This document shows positions 12,490-25,963 of a DNA stretch of 64,000 bases, piece by piece (position 1 is the first letter of the stretch; the number at the start of each line of letters is the position of its first letter). The notes under the pieces are model-generated. The model ran no database searches and had not been told where the DNA came from. It saw only the letters and a program-made list of their open reading frames with translations. The translations under genes and the position numbers were made by a program. The stretch lies in the NCBI GenBank assembly GCA_053919585.1, contig CM132799.1, one strand, 5' to 3'. The DNA is from Euprymna scolopes. Taxonomy: Eukaryota.

Positions 12490-13344
12490 TCTGTAAGGTA
12501 CCCATATCAAATGTTAACTCTATTAGACACAGTTTGTTAGCATTGCAACTACACTTGAATTGGTAAAGTTGTTTATATTATAGTGGTTATATTAGAACGC
12601 CTGCCAAGTGGAGTTTTTTTCCAGAACATCAAAGTAAATTTCAGAGGAATAACACTCATACACGTTACGATTTTTTTCGCGGAAGCATGTTAATAAATTA
12701 ATATAACGTGTATGTTAATAAATTAATATAACGTATATGCCTTCGTTTGTTTAGTAAAACAATCAAAATATGTCGATTATTTATTGAAACGAGACTCTAA
12801 GATTTTATGTGCCTCAATAAAATGTTTTCATAAAAAAAATATAAAAATTGTTCCTTTTATCGAAGATGTGTCGGAGTTCAGCGATAACTCAATTTTTTTT
12901 GTATACATTCCATCGGGAATTTTACATTTTCCCACTGATTGAGAGTTAATAATTTTTAATTCAACATATAATTCTTCGCGATAGGGACAAGATAATAGAA
13001 TACGCACTTTCAAACAAGGGTCAAGTATAAAAAGTTTAGCAAAAAACACGTTCTGAGAAAAGTAAAGAACATGTGATATTTTCTTTTCAATTTTGATTTA
13101 AAATCTGTTACTATTTGATGATTGGGTATAATAATACATTATGGTTTAATATTTTAAATAACTTACGTTTACATTTTTGATTTCTCAGCAAAGATGGCGA
13201 TAAGTCAACAGTATGCAAAACGTTATCTAAAAAAAAACGATCGTTATACTACTATAATATCTCTTTGTTTTTATGATATTATGAGTTCTTTATATTTATT
13301 ACTTCTCCAAGTCATGCACATTTGCATTGGCACCGCTATACGAA

Positions 13345-13470
13345 ATATTCCGCCTTTATTCCGGTAGTATACGCAATACTTGCCCTTTTTCTCAGAACTA
13401 TGCGATATATTTCCTCCTGTCTCCCAGTACTACATGCAATATTCCCTCTTTCTCTCAGTACTATACTTGA
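13345..13470 (+). repeat. Degenerate ~31-32-bp minisatellite (~4 copies); three units end in a polypyrimidine-CAG
   Basis: Units end CCCTTTTTCTCAG (13395), CCTGTCTCCCAG (13427) and CTCTTTCTCTCAG (13458). A strong AAG|GTAAGA donor follows at 13485. Confidence 0.6.
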
Positions 13471-14854
13471 TTCTCCGTGACAAGGTAAGACTACATATTA
13501 TAGTAATCTGTATGTATATTATTTCTTGAATTATAGTTTCGTTTATAATGATGTGTTTGCAATTATTTCAAAATCGATATAATATATGTAGCAGTTGCTT
13601 ATTTTCCCCATTTAGCTACTATTTATCGTCCAATTTCCACTGTGTATCTCTAATTTGGTTACCTTGCTTGTTAGAATATATTATTCAGTACATTTTTCCA
13701 GAGGGCTGTGATTCCATGTATTTTACTTTGGTTAATCACCTTTCTCATAACCTTATAAACCTTCAACATACAACTTAGTGTGTGACGGATAGGAAGCTAA
13801 CAAGATAACAATATAGATGCAATATGTAGATAAATATAGTATTTGTTATTGTTTTAGTGTGTAATACAATCAAGGGTCAATTGTAAAGACATCAACTACG
13901 CCACAATAGAAGGCATGGTATCATAACAACATTGGCTTTGATGTGAAAGATTATGAATCATAAAACTTTGTTTTCAGTTAGATATAATATGAGGACATAT
14001 TTAAGTAATGACGACCAAGAATAAAAAAGAGAGAAGAAGCAGAAGGGAAATTCCGCCGATGCGGAAAGCTTAAAGAAAAAGAGAATCAGTAAAAAAAATT
14101 CGAAGACGCAGGTGCAACGTCATTAAAGACTGATGGGAAATGAACGGCAATGATCGATTAATCTGAAATCGATTCCAGTATATCTTTCCTTGTTTCTGTA
14201 TTTTTTTTGTTTCATTTCTTTTCGTAGTGTGTACACATAAATGCATATCTGTGTTAACGGATGCACATTCGGGTCTGTCAACCAATAAGGCGAACGTGAT
14301 TGTATCTAATCACATAAAATGTTTCGTTTTGTAGGGATTCTTCTTTTTACATTCTGATTCGTTGCTTTGGAACTTTTCTTCTTTTGTCACTCATTAATTA
14401 ACGTCATTATCTTTTTTCACTCTTCCATGTAGTTTCCATCTTTATTTAGACTGGATTCCTTTACTCGACCTCTATAAGTACCTCCTTCTCTCCTCTATTT
14501 CTCTCTGTCAGCGAACGTATTTCTTTTGATTTTTGTAATTGTTACTTTGTTATTTTTTTCTTTAATGTTTTAGTATCTTCCTTTCAATTTCTTCTTATGT
14601 TTTTAAGCCAAGCTTTTCACGACCTACTTAAATCAGATACTTTTACATATTAGTTTGCTTGGTGCACTTCGTATCCATACAATGAAGATATACTGTTTTG
14701 TATAGAATATTGCTTTGAGTTAGTTCGACTGTTCTAGTTTACTCGTTTTAGTTTGAGGTATACTGACTATACACACAGGGATTATGAATATAATGCTGCT
14801 GTTGGTATTGTTGCTACAACAGCTGATGTTATGGATAATGCTTTTGCTAATGAG

Positions 14855-14952
14855 TATGATGATAATGATGACGATGATGATGATGGTGATGATGATGATG
14901 ATGGTGGCATATATATTTATTATAATGATGATGAAGAAAATGATAGTGATGA
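14855..14952. repeat. (GAT)n-type trinucleotide microsatellite
   Basis: Imperfect GAT/GAC/GGT run. Confidence 0.9.
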
Positions 14953-15199
14953 TAGAAGGAAAAGATCATTACTCCATCTGTCCACTTGTTCTAGGTAGTG
15001 TTAGTAAGTTTCGATATTTCTTTTCTCTACGGAGTATAGAGAGTTTTGATGAGATTAAATGAAGATATTTGTAAAGAAAATACGTGGTGGATTCTTTATT
15101 AAACAAGTCAGGGCTAGAAAAACCAGTGTAGTGTTAATAACTCAATAAAGCAACCTCGTTTCCAAACGAATTCTTTTTTTTACATTTTCATTCCAAACA

Positions 15200-17950
15200 A
15201 GACACTGTATTATTTTGACTAAGTCGGCTACTGTCAGGGATATACGTTGGCTGGATATTTGTAGGGAGTTAAGCAGTTAGATGTCAGTTCACATTACACT
15301 TGAAATTCTGCTAGTCAATATAGTTGGGAAAGCAGATACCAAGAAGGGAATTACAAATCTAGCTGTTCTGGGGAAGAAACAATTGGGGTAGACGGCTTTT
15401 TTTTACACCTATAGATCTCTTTTTGTCGGATTTGTCGGAGGTAATCACGCCGACGGAATAAAATGGCTTGTATTGTGTAATAGCATCAACCATTAAACTA
15501 TTTGAAAAACAGGCAGTCAAAAACATTTTAACAGGATGCGACATTTCGTTTATCGGAAAGATGTTTTACCTTAGATGACAGTTCATGATATATCCGGGTT
15601 GCGACTCTCTTTTGAACCTTGCTCAGAAGTCAGAGACTAGTAGCAGATGCACCAGCCCAAATATCATCAGAATACTCCATACATGGTCGAATGCTTGTCT
15701 TGTAGATATACAGGATACGTTCAAGCGTAATTAGCTTTCTAGTGCGGTAAGGAGAGCCAACCTTCTTTCCTCCAGCTATGGCAATGCTCTCAATGTATAT
15801 GTTCCAACTCATATTCCCTTGACACTTTAGTCATGGAATTTGACTGAAGTACTTTCAGACACTTTTTAGCTATATCTATTGGGGGTTGAGAAGATATCTT
15901 GTAATTATTAAAGGAAACAGTCTTAGTCTTGGCAGCATTAAAGGTAAGCATCCATTTTTGACCACATTCCACTTCAGACTAGAGGTCTGTAACAAAGGTG
16001 TCTGTCTCTGCCTTGGATATGCCTTCTTTTGCTTTCCCATCGTGTTTGTTTAGAGCGTGATGTCGTCAGCAAATATACACATTTCAGAGACTATTTTATT
16101 AGTGAAGATTTTTATGAATATAAGAGAATACTAAAGGGCCATCTAGTACACCTGCATTTATATCATATGGTTTACATGTACGACAATCTGAATTATATTC
16201 TTACTTAAAAAGAAGTTACTTGTGTTAAGTGGTTTCCAGTAATACATATGATCTGATTTTCCTATAAAGACCATTGTGTCATAACATGTCGAAATAATTA
16301 GATGTATCTAGGCTACGGTCCCAATCCAAGTCATGGTATATACGATTAAAGTTATAATATCTGCAATAGAATGAACTTGCCTAAATTCATATTGATTGTC
16401 TGACATAAGTTGGTGGAATAAGGCTTGATTAATTATGGCCTCAAATATTTTGGTGAAAAGAGGGTGGAGGCTAATGGGGCGATAATTTAATGTGTCAGTT
16501 CTTTCGCTAGACTTCTTGTAATCTGTTACCACAGAAGCAGTTTTCCAGCAGTAGGGACTGTATGATTCGTTAAGGAATTTGCTAAAGAGTTGAGCGTAAC
16601 TGGAGAAGATTGGGGGGCATAGTGTTTTATCATATCATATACATGAAGAAGAATGATTTTCGGATAACCGTGTACAGAAAAATAAAGGAATAAGGAAGAT
16701 TTTCGGATAACTGTGCACAGAAAAATAAAGGAATAATGGTTTGCTGGATCCAAAGAAGAGCTGGAGGCACACTGACTAGCAAGCATGTTAGCTTTTTCAT
16801 ATACCGCACAAACACCCTCAGGTTTTTTGGAATGATGGAGGAGTTGTGTATTGCCCATTATTTACTACATTACTGCAGACTTTCCATGAATCCGGAGTTC
16901 CTAATTTCTGATTTCACTGCGTTTTATGGTTGCCTCCTTATATTCTCTCCTTCCTACAATTACTTATAACTTCTATAAACTTTTGTCTGTTTGTATTGGA
17001 GATGCCGGATGAATCTGCGGTATTCACCATACAATATGTAATAGCACCTGCGCAAGTAGAAGTAAATCTTTGGGAAGAGTGGGGTTTGCTATACGGCTTC
17101 CGTGTGGGGTCATGTGCTTCAATTTTGCTTTGAACTATTCAGTGGTCTCATTTGCGCACAGGAAGTGAAAAGATGTTCACGATGCGTCATCTCAGATGGA
17201 ATCTCTGATTGGCATCAATGGCTCTTAAACATTGGTCGAAAGTTTAGACTGGTGTCTATCATTGTCCTCGCATGATCAGCATTCATGAGTGGGCAATGGA
17301 CATTTGTTACACAGTCCTCAGGAATTGATGTCAGAAATAGATCTAGAAATGAAGGTTGCTGGTCCAGCCTATCTGAGTGTCTGATCGGGAATGTTACAGT
17401 TTGTGTCAAGGAATGGAATATAGAAATGTTGCACCAGTTTGAGGATACAAGCCGATTAATGTGATGGGCTTTAAGTGACCAAATACACGAATGTAGGCGC
17501 TAGTGTGAATGGAGAGTGCTACACCTATATCGTAAAAGATATGATTGATATGTACAGTATGGGTCGTATGAAAGCGATAAAAACATAGGTTGCTGACGCT
17601 ATGTTTTAAGGTAAGTTTAGAAAACAATGAAGGGCTGGTCATCTGATTCTAGTTCCGATTCCCTAGTCATGAGGAGCGCGTTTCACTTATACACACGAAG
17701 TTCGAGCATGTATCTGTCTATCTGTCAGATTCCTTACGACAAAGTGGAAGATGACCTTATATGTTAAATATGTTATTCTCACTTAGTGCTAAGATACCCG
17801 TGGAGTTTTCTAGGAGAAATGATTCTACATCATCTAAGCTAGTTCTTAGTTCACGGATATTTGTAAATAAAAGCCTTAAGGGTGAAGGTACATTTTCTGA
17901 CAGGCAATCGATCAATCGTGGTTTCCGTCTACATGTATTTAATATTGAAG
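15200..17950 (-). mobile_element. Near-full-length decayed CR1/Jockey-group LINE ORF2 (APE endonuclease plus RT)
   Basis: Minus strand, in order: LFTNIRELRTSLDVESFLLENSTGILALSEN (APE start), SFLDLFLTS..ADH (APE end), NYRPISLHPLFTKIFEAIIN, FADDITL, WMLTFNAAKTK, YKTSIRPCMEYSDDIWAGA. Internal 43-bp duplication at ~16658-16737. Confidence 0.88.
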
Positions 17951-18003
17951 TATAGTGATAATTTACGCTTACATAGGTTTATGCACCGTTCGAAGCAACA
18001 TTA

Positions 18004-18045
<42 letters not shown>

Positions 18046-18049
18046 TGTA

Positions 18050-19900
18050 ATGCTAAAGTTTTCGTTAATGCTTTGTGGTTAAGTCACAGTTGTACAATCA
18101 AAGTACACCCTACAAATCTTATGCATCATTGTTTTGACTGTTACGGAATATTGTCTTCTTCCTTGGAGTATTTTGTCTGTTTATCTATCCAGTGTCCATA
18201 TTTTTATGATTTCCGTTTGTAAATGTCGCTGCCAGTTTGTGCTTTGTTTACGCGTGTTTAAGATACAGTTGTTTGCAAAATTCTCAGTTTACTGCCTTCC
18301 ATTGACCACACCTATTTTTACATTCTTATATTTATATTTATTGTTTTGTCAATTGTTCCACCGATTCTGCATTTGCTCTCGTCTATTGTTTGTTTTACGT
18401 TGTGTATTCTCGTCACGATATATTATGCGGCTGTTTTTAAGGATTCAGTTACTCACTTAAGGTTCTATTTTGGTGGCCAAATCTACGTTTGGTATTTGGC
18501 TTATGTTATGAATGATCCTTGTAGTTGTTTCTCTATCACTGTGTTTTTCTACTTAGTCAATTTGTATGTATTGCTAATTTTCCAGTGTCTGAGCTGATTA
18601 TTCATACGGTTTTCTGCATTATGTATTTTTCTTATCACTTTTCGAGTACACGAAACGAGTCCATTTTCCCGTCTTTTTCATTCACATACAGTAAACCCGC
18701 ATCATCTTTTTTGCGTAGTGCATTGGGTATAGATATGAGTTACCTGGTCTTCTGATCAAGTTGCATTAGCTCTATTTTTGTCCATAATATAAATTATTCG
18801 GAGTATCTTACTAGTCATACTGTCAATGTGCTTATACGTTTCAAACTATTATAACAATATAGTTTATCTTCAGAGAGTGTGTTTGTACTTCTGAGTTATT
18901 CCATTTCAAAAAATCTGTATCATTAATTCGTCTTGTTTGGTAGTCCAATGCTCCTGATTTACCAATTGTTCCTGTTACATGAGTAACAGTGCAGATTTTC
19001 CATGTTGATTTCCATTCAGCCACCGCGGAGGAATATTACGGTTTCATTTATTAGCGTCTCTAGTTCATACTTGGTTTTACCAACACTTTCACGAAATCGA
19101 TATACATTTTGTAGTTCATTCTTTCGTTTGTATTACTGAACATGCACAGACTTGGTATTATCTAAGTATATTATTAGTGCAAATCCTGGTTATGATAAAT
19201 AGTATTGATGGAAGGAAATTGTTGTGTGTTAATCATAGTTATATTTTGCATATCAACAGTCAGTTCAAATCTCCGTGTCTCCATTGCATTTTCACTCAAA
19301 TTGATAAAGTTACCGAATATTTTGTTCATTATCAGGCATTCTATCATCCACGCTTCAGGGATACTTTCCTACGCTTATTTGTAGTCGATGTATTCCATGG
19401 TTGTATTAATTTGTGTTGCTTTTAACTTCATTCAGAATCTTTTAGTCTATGTATAGTAGGATCTGTTTTCCAATTTTCATTTTAGTACCCTTTCTATTCC
19501 TCAAGGTTTTATTCGGCATTATGAAAGGAGAGGTAGATTTGTTATCTTGGTTCTGCTTTTGGTATTTTCCACATAGTATATAACCATATTATAGACCTAT
19601 ACATATGGGTCTTTTCTCATGGATACATATTTAAGGTTCTGAATTAGACTTTCAGACACTGTGCTGTTTTTCTAACAAGTGTGCCTGTATATGATCATGA
19701 ACTGCTTCACTCCAATTTAACATTTGTAGTGTTTTTTTTTTTAGTTTTCTTTATGTAATTCTCTAGCCCGTATATTTCTAGTAACTATTATCTTATATGT
19801 ATAAACATACAATATTTCTCTTGTGATCTAGTCGCTCTCTCCATATCATGCGCTAATAGATTTTTTTTGTTTCTGTCGAGTTTCGTTATTCGTTTTTGTT
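18050..19900 (-). mobile_element. Old RTE-clade LINE relic
   Basis: Degenerate minus-strand traces of RTE motifs in the expected order: ELQNVYRFRESVGK (~19070-19120), a YGSETW-like remnant (~18580) and KYGHW (~18190). Heavily decayed. Confidence 0.45.
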
Positions 19901-20785
19901 GTTTCTCTGTTTCTATTTAAAAATAATTGGTTTCTCTTATTTTTAAATACCGTATTTTCACTGTAATGTTCACAGTTATATCGCTATCATCTTCATCTCT
20001 TTTCTGTAGCTGCTATGTTTTGCTTATTTTTCCCCCGTTACTTGTTCAATCTCTCCCTGCTTGTGCCACTTCTACATTTTCACAATTACTTTTTTTCATT
20101 TTCATCTTATTTATCGCCTTTACCTATATCTAGGCTTCGTTTATCTACGTTTTCAACCTAATTTCCCATGCAGATTTTGTCGACCCATATTTCCCTCCTT
20201 GCTTTTTTCTACTCTAAGACCCATGCCTATTTTCCTGGCACGTGTGTAAATTAAATTGTTTAAATCCGTTATATTATATGTTTGAATTTATTAGAGTAGC
20301 TTGTACACTCTCTCTGTTCTGTGTCTATTGCCTCCAATAGTTGGTTCCTTAATGACAGCGGTTTTGTTTTTTTCTTTATTCATAAGCTGTATGCTGTTTA
20401 TTGCGCCAGTTGTTTCATTCACGTTTAGATCCGTTGTTTTATTTGGTTTTGTTTACATGTTTACTATGTTTGATGTTTTCAGGACATCTTTATGTGGCGT
20501 TTCTATGCCTGGAGTGCTAGTGCTAAGTGTTTCCTTTGTTTCTAGTAGTATTTCAAGTCTTGATCTGCCACCAAACACTCACGCCTGTACGTATTCCTAG
20601 TCTGCAATAATTTTTCTGTCAAATAGTAGTCATTGGATACATCCAACAACTCTTATATTCGTTTCCAATATTCTCGGTTACTGTAGTAACTGTGAAATAG
20701 TATTCTATAATAATCTATCATTTACTGTTGTTCATTCCCTCTATTATCGTCCTATTCCGATTAGTTATGTTTCCCTGCGTTTCAG

Positions 20786-20907
20786 GTGAATACGTTTTTC
20801 TACCTATAATTAGAGGGAACCATTACTTGTGTTGTCTGTAGTAGTCTTCGTTCTGTAATTAAAAAGGATCAAATATTAACAGATAATGACCTGATGTCAC
20901 TATAATA
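20786..20907 (+). other. Candidate non-coding (5' UTR) exon
   Basis: TTTCCCTGCGTTTCAG| acceptor and |GTAAGT donor. All three frames are closed. Confidence 0.3.
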
Positions 20908-22417
20908 GTAAGTGCGGATCAAGTCACCCAGATTTCATTCTAGATACCACGTTGTATATTATTCATTAATGACAGTTATTTATTGCAGTTTTTTTAACAC
21001 AAAATCCCATTTTGCTTACATATGGTTTTGTCACAGCTATAGTGTTTATTTATCCTCTAGATGTGATGCATAGTGTACTATCATACGTATAAAATAACAT
21101 TAACAGGCATTGACACGCGCTTACGCGAATGGGCCTACTTAGATAGGTACATGCTAGCTCATTTTAAGTAATTGTGGAAGCAAACGGCAAACGGAATTAA
21201 TAATTTTGTATTAGATGGTTGTGCATTTTTGTTTATGTTTTTAGAATTAACCCTGACCATTTTTGTTTAATTTATCTTACGCTGGCTTTTTCGGGCTTCT
21301 TGGGCTGACTCTTAGCAAATTTAATATATCTATCAACGCACGTGCTATAATACAAAGTTGACTACACTACTTTCGTCAAACTCACATGTGTGATCTTACT
21401 AATACACATTTAAAACTTTGAATGCATGTTGTTTTTGGAGAAAGTTCTAGAAAGAACCTCGGTACAATATTTTTATTATTTACAGTAGATAAATAAGAAT
21501 TTGGAAAAGAAAATATTGAGTCCGACAAAATCCTTCTTCGCTTTTAACTCTTGCACCTATTATGAATATACTAGTAATTTCTTATTAGATTATATTGTTT
21601 GCATATTGTAACCCACCCTGATTTGATGTGAGTGAACGTTACCATCTCCTCCTTCCAACAGTTAGTTCGAAACGAATATCCCCCTTCTATTCAATAGTAA
21701 TAACTAGTTGTTTCCCTTGTGTCTTCACCATCTATTGTAATTAATAACGATCCCTTTTAATCATTCTGTTCGTGTCTTCCTTTCTCCTTCGAGGAAAATT
21801 GTGGCGGCACCACAATTACTTTACAAAAACCGAACAATAAATAACAAAAAATGGAATATTAATGTCTACACAATTAGAGACAATTTCTCAGAAGACGACT
21901 GTTCTGAAAAAGGCAGAAACGTAATTTTATAAAAAAAAGAAATCACGGAGAGACAATTATTCAAGGTTATTATCAGTAGGATAAAAATGTCTGCCAGTGG
22001 AACAGTGAGTACGAAAGGATCGCACACTACGTCAACCTTTGTTGAATGACACTATCATGCATGTTTACTAGCCTTCGCTCCGACACACAACAGAAGAAAT
22101 TAACCTCATTAAATCGTGATACAGAATCGNNNNNNNNNNNNNNNNNNNNNNNNNNNNNNNNNNNNNNNNNNNNNNNNNNNNNNNNNNNNNNNNNNNNNNN
22201 NNNNNNNNNNNNNNNNNNNNNNNNNNNNNNNNNNNNNNNNNNNNNNNNNNNNNNNNNNNNNNNNNNNNNNNNNNNNNNNNNNNNNNNNNNNNNNNNNNNN
22301 NNNNNNNNNNNNNNNNNNNNNNNNNNNNNCACGCCGATCTCGTCAGATCTCCGAAGTTATATACGTTGAGACTGGTTTGTACCAGATGGAGGACCTTTGT
22401 GGAATACTAGGGGTTGT

Positions 22418-22540
22418 ATGTGCTCTCCGCATTCGTTTCTAGTCGTCCTGTACATACACTTTCCACTGATATTAAACAAGGTCGTCTCACAAGAGGTGTG
22501 GTTGGAGATTGCGCACATCCTGCCACAAAAAATTACACGC
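22418..22540 (+). CDS. Candidate first coding exon segment, signal-peptide-like: MCSPHSFLVVLYIHFPLILNKVVSQEVWLEIAHILPQKITR
   Basis: GC-elevated unique sequence. ATG at 22418, hydrophobic N-terminus, phase-0 |GTAAGC donor at 22541. Upstream acceptor CTCCTCCTTCCAACAG| at 21661. Confidence 0.3.
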
Positions 22541-22665
22541 GTAAGCAACCCTTTGTTGGTTTCCATGGTCCATCTAATGATTTTCCGATTTATCATTTTT
22601 AAAGTACATTTTAGGCATGTGCCGTAAATATTATACACATACAAATGCACCCCCTCCACACACAT

Positions 22666-22730
<65 letters not shown>

Positions 22731-23152
22731 AACTCATATGCATATATATTGATTTTAGAAAAAAATCTTAATATCAACCAATATATTAAGTAATGCATTA
22801 GTTATTTTTTTTACTAGAATATCTTACCCTTTTTTTTAAGTTTTAACAACGAGGCCTTTGTTTTTCCATGGTTAAGTTCAACCATATTACTTTTCATGCT
22901 CTCATTTTTCTTGTAATCCATGATTTTTCCAGAGTTCTAGCAAATTCACTTGTTGTTTTGTTGTTTGGTGTTTGTTTAATTTCAGTCTTATTTTTCCCTC
23001 ATAAACATAACACACACGTACGTAATAACAATGTACGGCACTCGGTTGCTTTCAATACTATCCCGTAAATTGTCTTCCTTTTATTCTTTCATTATGTTTC
23101 ATGTGTTACTTCTCTTTTCGTGGTGAATATGAGGAGTCGCTGTAGTGGTGTC

Positions 23153-23166
23153 GTTGCTATGGAAAC
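23153..23166. promoter_or_regulatory. RFX X-box consensus GTTGCTATGGAAAC
   Basis: Matches the 14-bp X-box consensus GTYNCY-AT-RGNAAC, in apparently unique sequence. Confidence 0.5.
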
Positions 23167-24460
23167 GAGTTATAAAAAATAACATCGTACTGACTTTTGT
23201 TTTTAATCCTTAACACCGGAAAATTCATGGTGACTTTGGTTTTACTTTATGAATATTGGATTTTTTTAATATTATATAGCTGAGAATGTGATTTATAAAC
23301 TGTAATAATTCTTTGAAATGATGTCGGAAAATGAATGAGCAGTGAAGATTTAAAGCACATCTAAATGACTAAATTTGCCATTAACCATATATTCAAACAC
23401 GGTACTGTTAGAATGATATACGTATGTGTAGGTTTGTGTGTGTGTTTGTACAGGGTGACCCCCCCCAAAAAAAAGAGACAATCAATTGTTTTTCTGGGCA
23501 TTTTACAGTCAACGGAGAAAAAAAAAAGACCAAAGAATATATAATATAATAAACAAATGCCCAAAGTTTAATTTTAATCGGACAAAACACTAAGAAACGG
23601 GATCTAATTAGAGTGTTGTTTTCATACAAAGGATATAGCAAATTTAAAAATAGAAACTTATACTTTATAATGAATTAAAGTAAATTGTAATTATCACACT
23701 AAATAGGATAACGAGTCTATGGTATTTATTAATATAATTTCGAGCGATAAAGAAAAAAAGAGAACTTACAAGATATATTTTTCATAATTGATCCGAGAAA
23801 TAAATATAGTTTTACATTGATTAGTAAACCTTTCTAATATTGCAAAGCGTATGTTTGTGTTATTATTATAAAAAAAAGTAATTAATAATTTCGTACGGGC
23901 ACACACCTAGGAGAGAGGAAAACACTGATATAAAAACCGGCGATCTGTTGCCTGCTCTGTTTTGCCTCAGCTATTGAATGGACAAAGGTTATCAGTGATA
24001 TAAAAAACAAAATGTTGGGTTCTACACAAAGCATTCATTTTAAAAAAATATCAAAAAATAAAAAAAAACAATACATTAATTTACTTCAGTAGAATCTATT
24101 TTCGCGTATAGTATGTGTCTATCTATGTAAGTATCTATGTATCTGTGTATGTACCCATGATGCATGCATGTATATATATATATATATATATGCATATATA
24201 TAATTATATATATACATGTATATATATATATATGTATGTATATATATATTTAAATTTGGTGTTGCATAGTTCTATTTAAATACATTCATAAGTTTTAAAT
24301 GTTATATATATAATAGTTACCATATTACATATACGAATAAAATTTTCAACGTCTTTAAGTGATCAATCTTACTAGTACAGGAATAATTAAACAAGAAAAT
24401 CTTCGCTTATTCCAAATTCAATAATATACATTATATTATATATATATATATATATATATA

Positions 24461-25851
24461 CTAGCAGTTCCAACTGGCTTTCTGCGGGCCCTGTGTTCTG
24501 TTCATACTTTTCCCTACGTGTGAATACGAGTAATTTCGTAGAAACCACATAGGTCATTTCTTCTTAACTTGTATCCCAATTTTGACCCCTTAACATTTAA
24601 TATTTCGGTCTCTAAGTAAAATACCAAGTTACACCCATGTTTAAGTTACCTACATCTAAAATATCAAGTCGTTAGACCTAAAATTTGCAGAGGAATTTGG
24701 TAGAATCTGCAAAGGCCAACTCTTTAAAAATTAATTTTTCGCAAAAAAATTCTTGCAACATGGGTGAATTCCAACTATGTAAAACTTTCAAATATTTAAA
24801 CGAAAAATTGGCTGATTAGTTTGACAGACACCACAAATATAAAATCTTTTGAACTTTGCCCCCTTGGCAGCTCAAATCGTCGACCCAAACCGATGAAATT
24901 TCCGTAAAATTTTCCAATGTTTTGACCGGAAATTGGCTGAATAATTTGGTAGGGATCGCAGAAGTTATATTTTTTTTAATTTTACCCCCAGTTTTGATCC
25001 CTTTACATTTTCTGGGTGTTCAAATAAAATTAAAAAGTTTGATTTATCTCAAAGTAACCTACATTTAAAATTTCGAGTGTGTAAATTCAAAAGTGGAGAA
25101 GGAGTTTTGTAATGATTTAAAAGGTCAAATCGGTAGACTTTGATTCCTTAACAGCCAAATGTCTGGTCGCCAACCGATTTAAAAGATTTCCGAAAAAAGA
25201 GTTATTTGCTAGGATAATGTACACTCACACACTCACACACACACACATTTTCACGTATATATATACATATGTATATATATGTACATATATATGTATATAT
25301 ATATATATGTATATAAAGTTTTACTCATTTCCATGTAAACATCTGACATCAAACATATTTAGACCAAAAATTGGCTGAGGAGTTTGGTATATCCTGTAAA
25401 AGTCATCTTGGTAGAAAAATATCTGGCTAAACACGGATTAAAAGTTGGGCTTATGTCTGCATACACATTATGTAACGTTTCCAATGTTTAAACCCAAAAT
25501 TGACGGAAGGCTCAAATTTCACTAAATTATGTACCCTTTAACCTTTATTAAGTGTAGCTACAATCAAGTAAAAGGTTTGATCATTATATAAGGAACCTGC
25601 ATATAAAAGTGTGCATGCTTAGACTCAAAAATTACAAAGGGGTAAGGGAGAGTTTTCAAATATCAAATCGTTGAACTCAGATCTCTTTGACGGCCGAATT
25701 TCTGGAAGAAAACCGATTAAAATGTTACCAAATTTCAATACCTCTTATGTCAAATATCGAGGCTCTACACTGTAAATTGGCAGCGTAATTTGGTATGGAA
25801 ATGTACACACAGCCAGACACATACACAGAAAATTTCTCATAGATATATAGA
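24461..25851 (-). mobile_element. Non-autonomous Helitron-like element with internal sub-repeats
   Basis: Minus strand begins TCTATATATCTATGAGA and ends ...GGAACTGCTAG|T. Its internal modules match the 27.1-28.4 kb family. Confidence 0.75.
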
Positions 25852-25919
25852 TATATATGTGGCTGGGTGATAATATGCGTATATATATATATGTGTATAT
25901 CACACACACACAGACCCAC

Positions 25920-25963
<44 letters not shown>

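Noticed and set aside
12686-12737. 25-bp tandem duplication (also a 34-bp duplication at ~45294-45357)
   Set aside because: Ordinary slippage duplications with no further structure.
14753-15062. Poly-Asp and poly-Met ORFs
   Set aside because: These are translations of a (GAT)n microsatellite.
22330-22540. Stop-codon recoding (TAG 22408 by A-to-I editing, or TGA 22367 as selenocysteine) to open a longer frame
   Set aside because: There is no SECIS or editing-stem evidence, and a single stop in about 70 codons is expected by chance.
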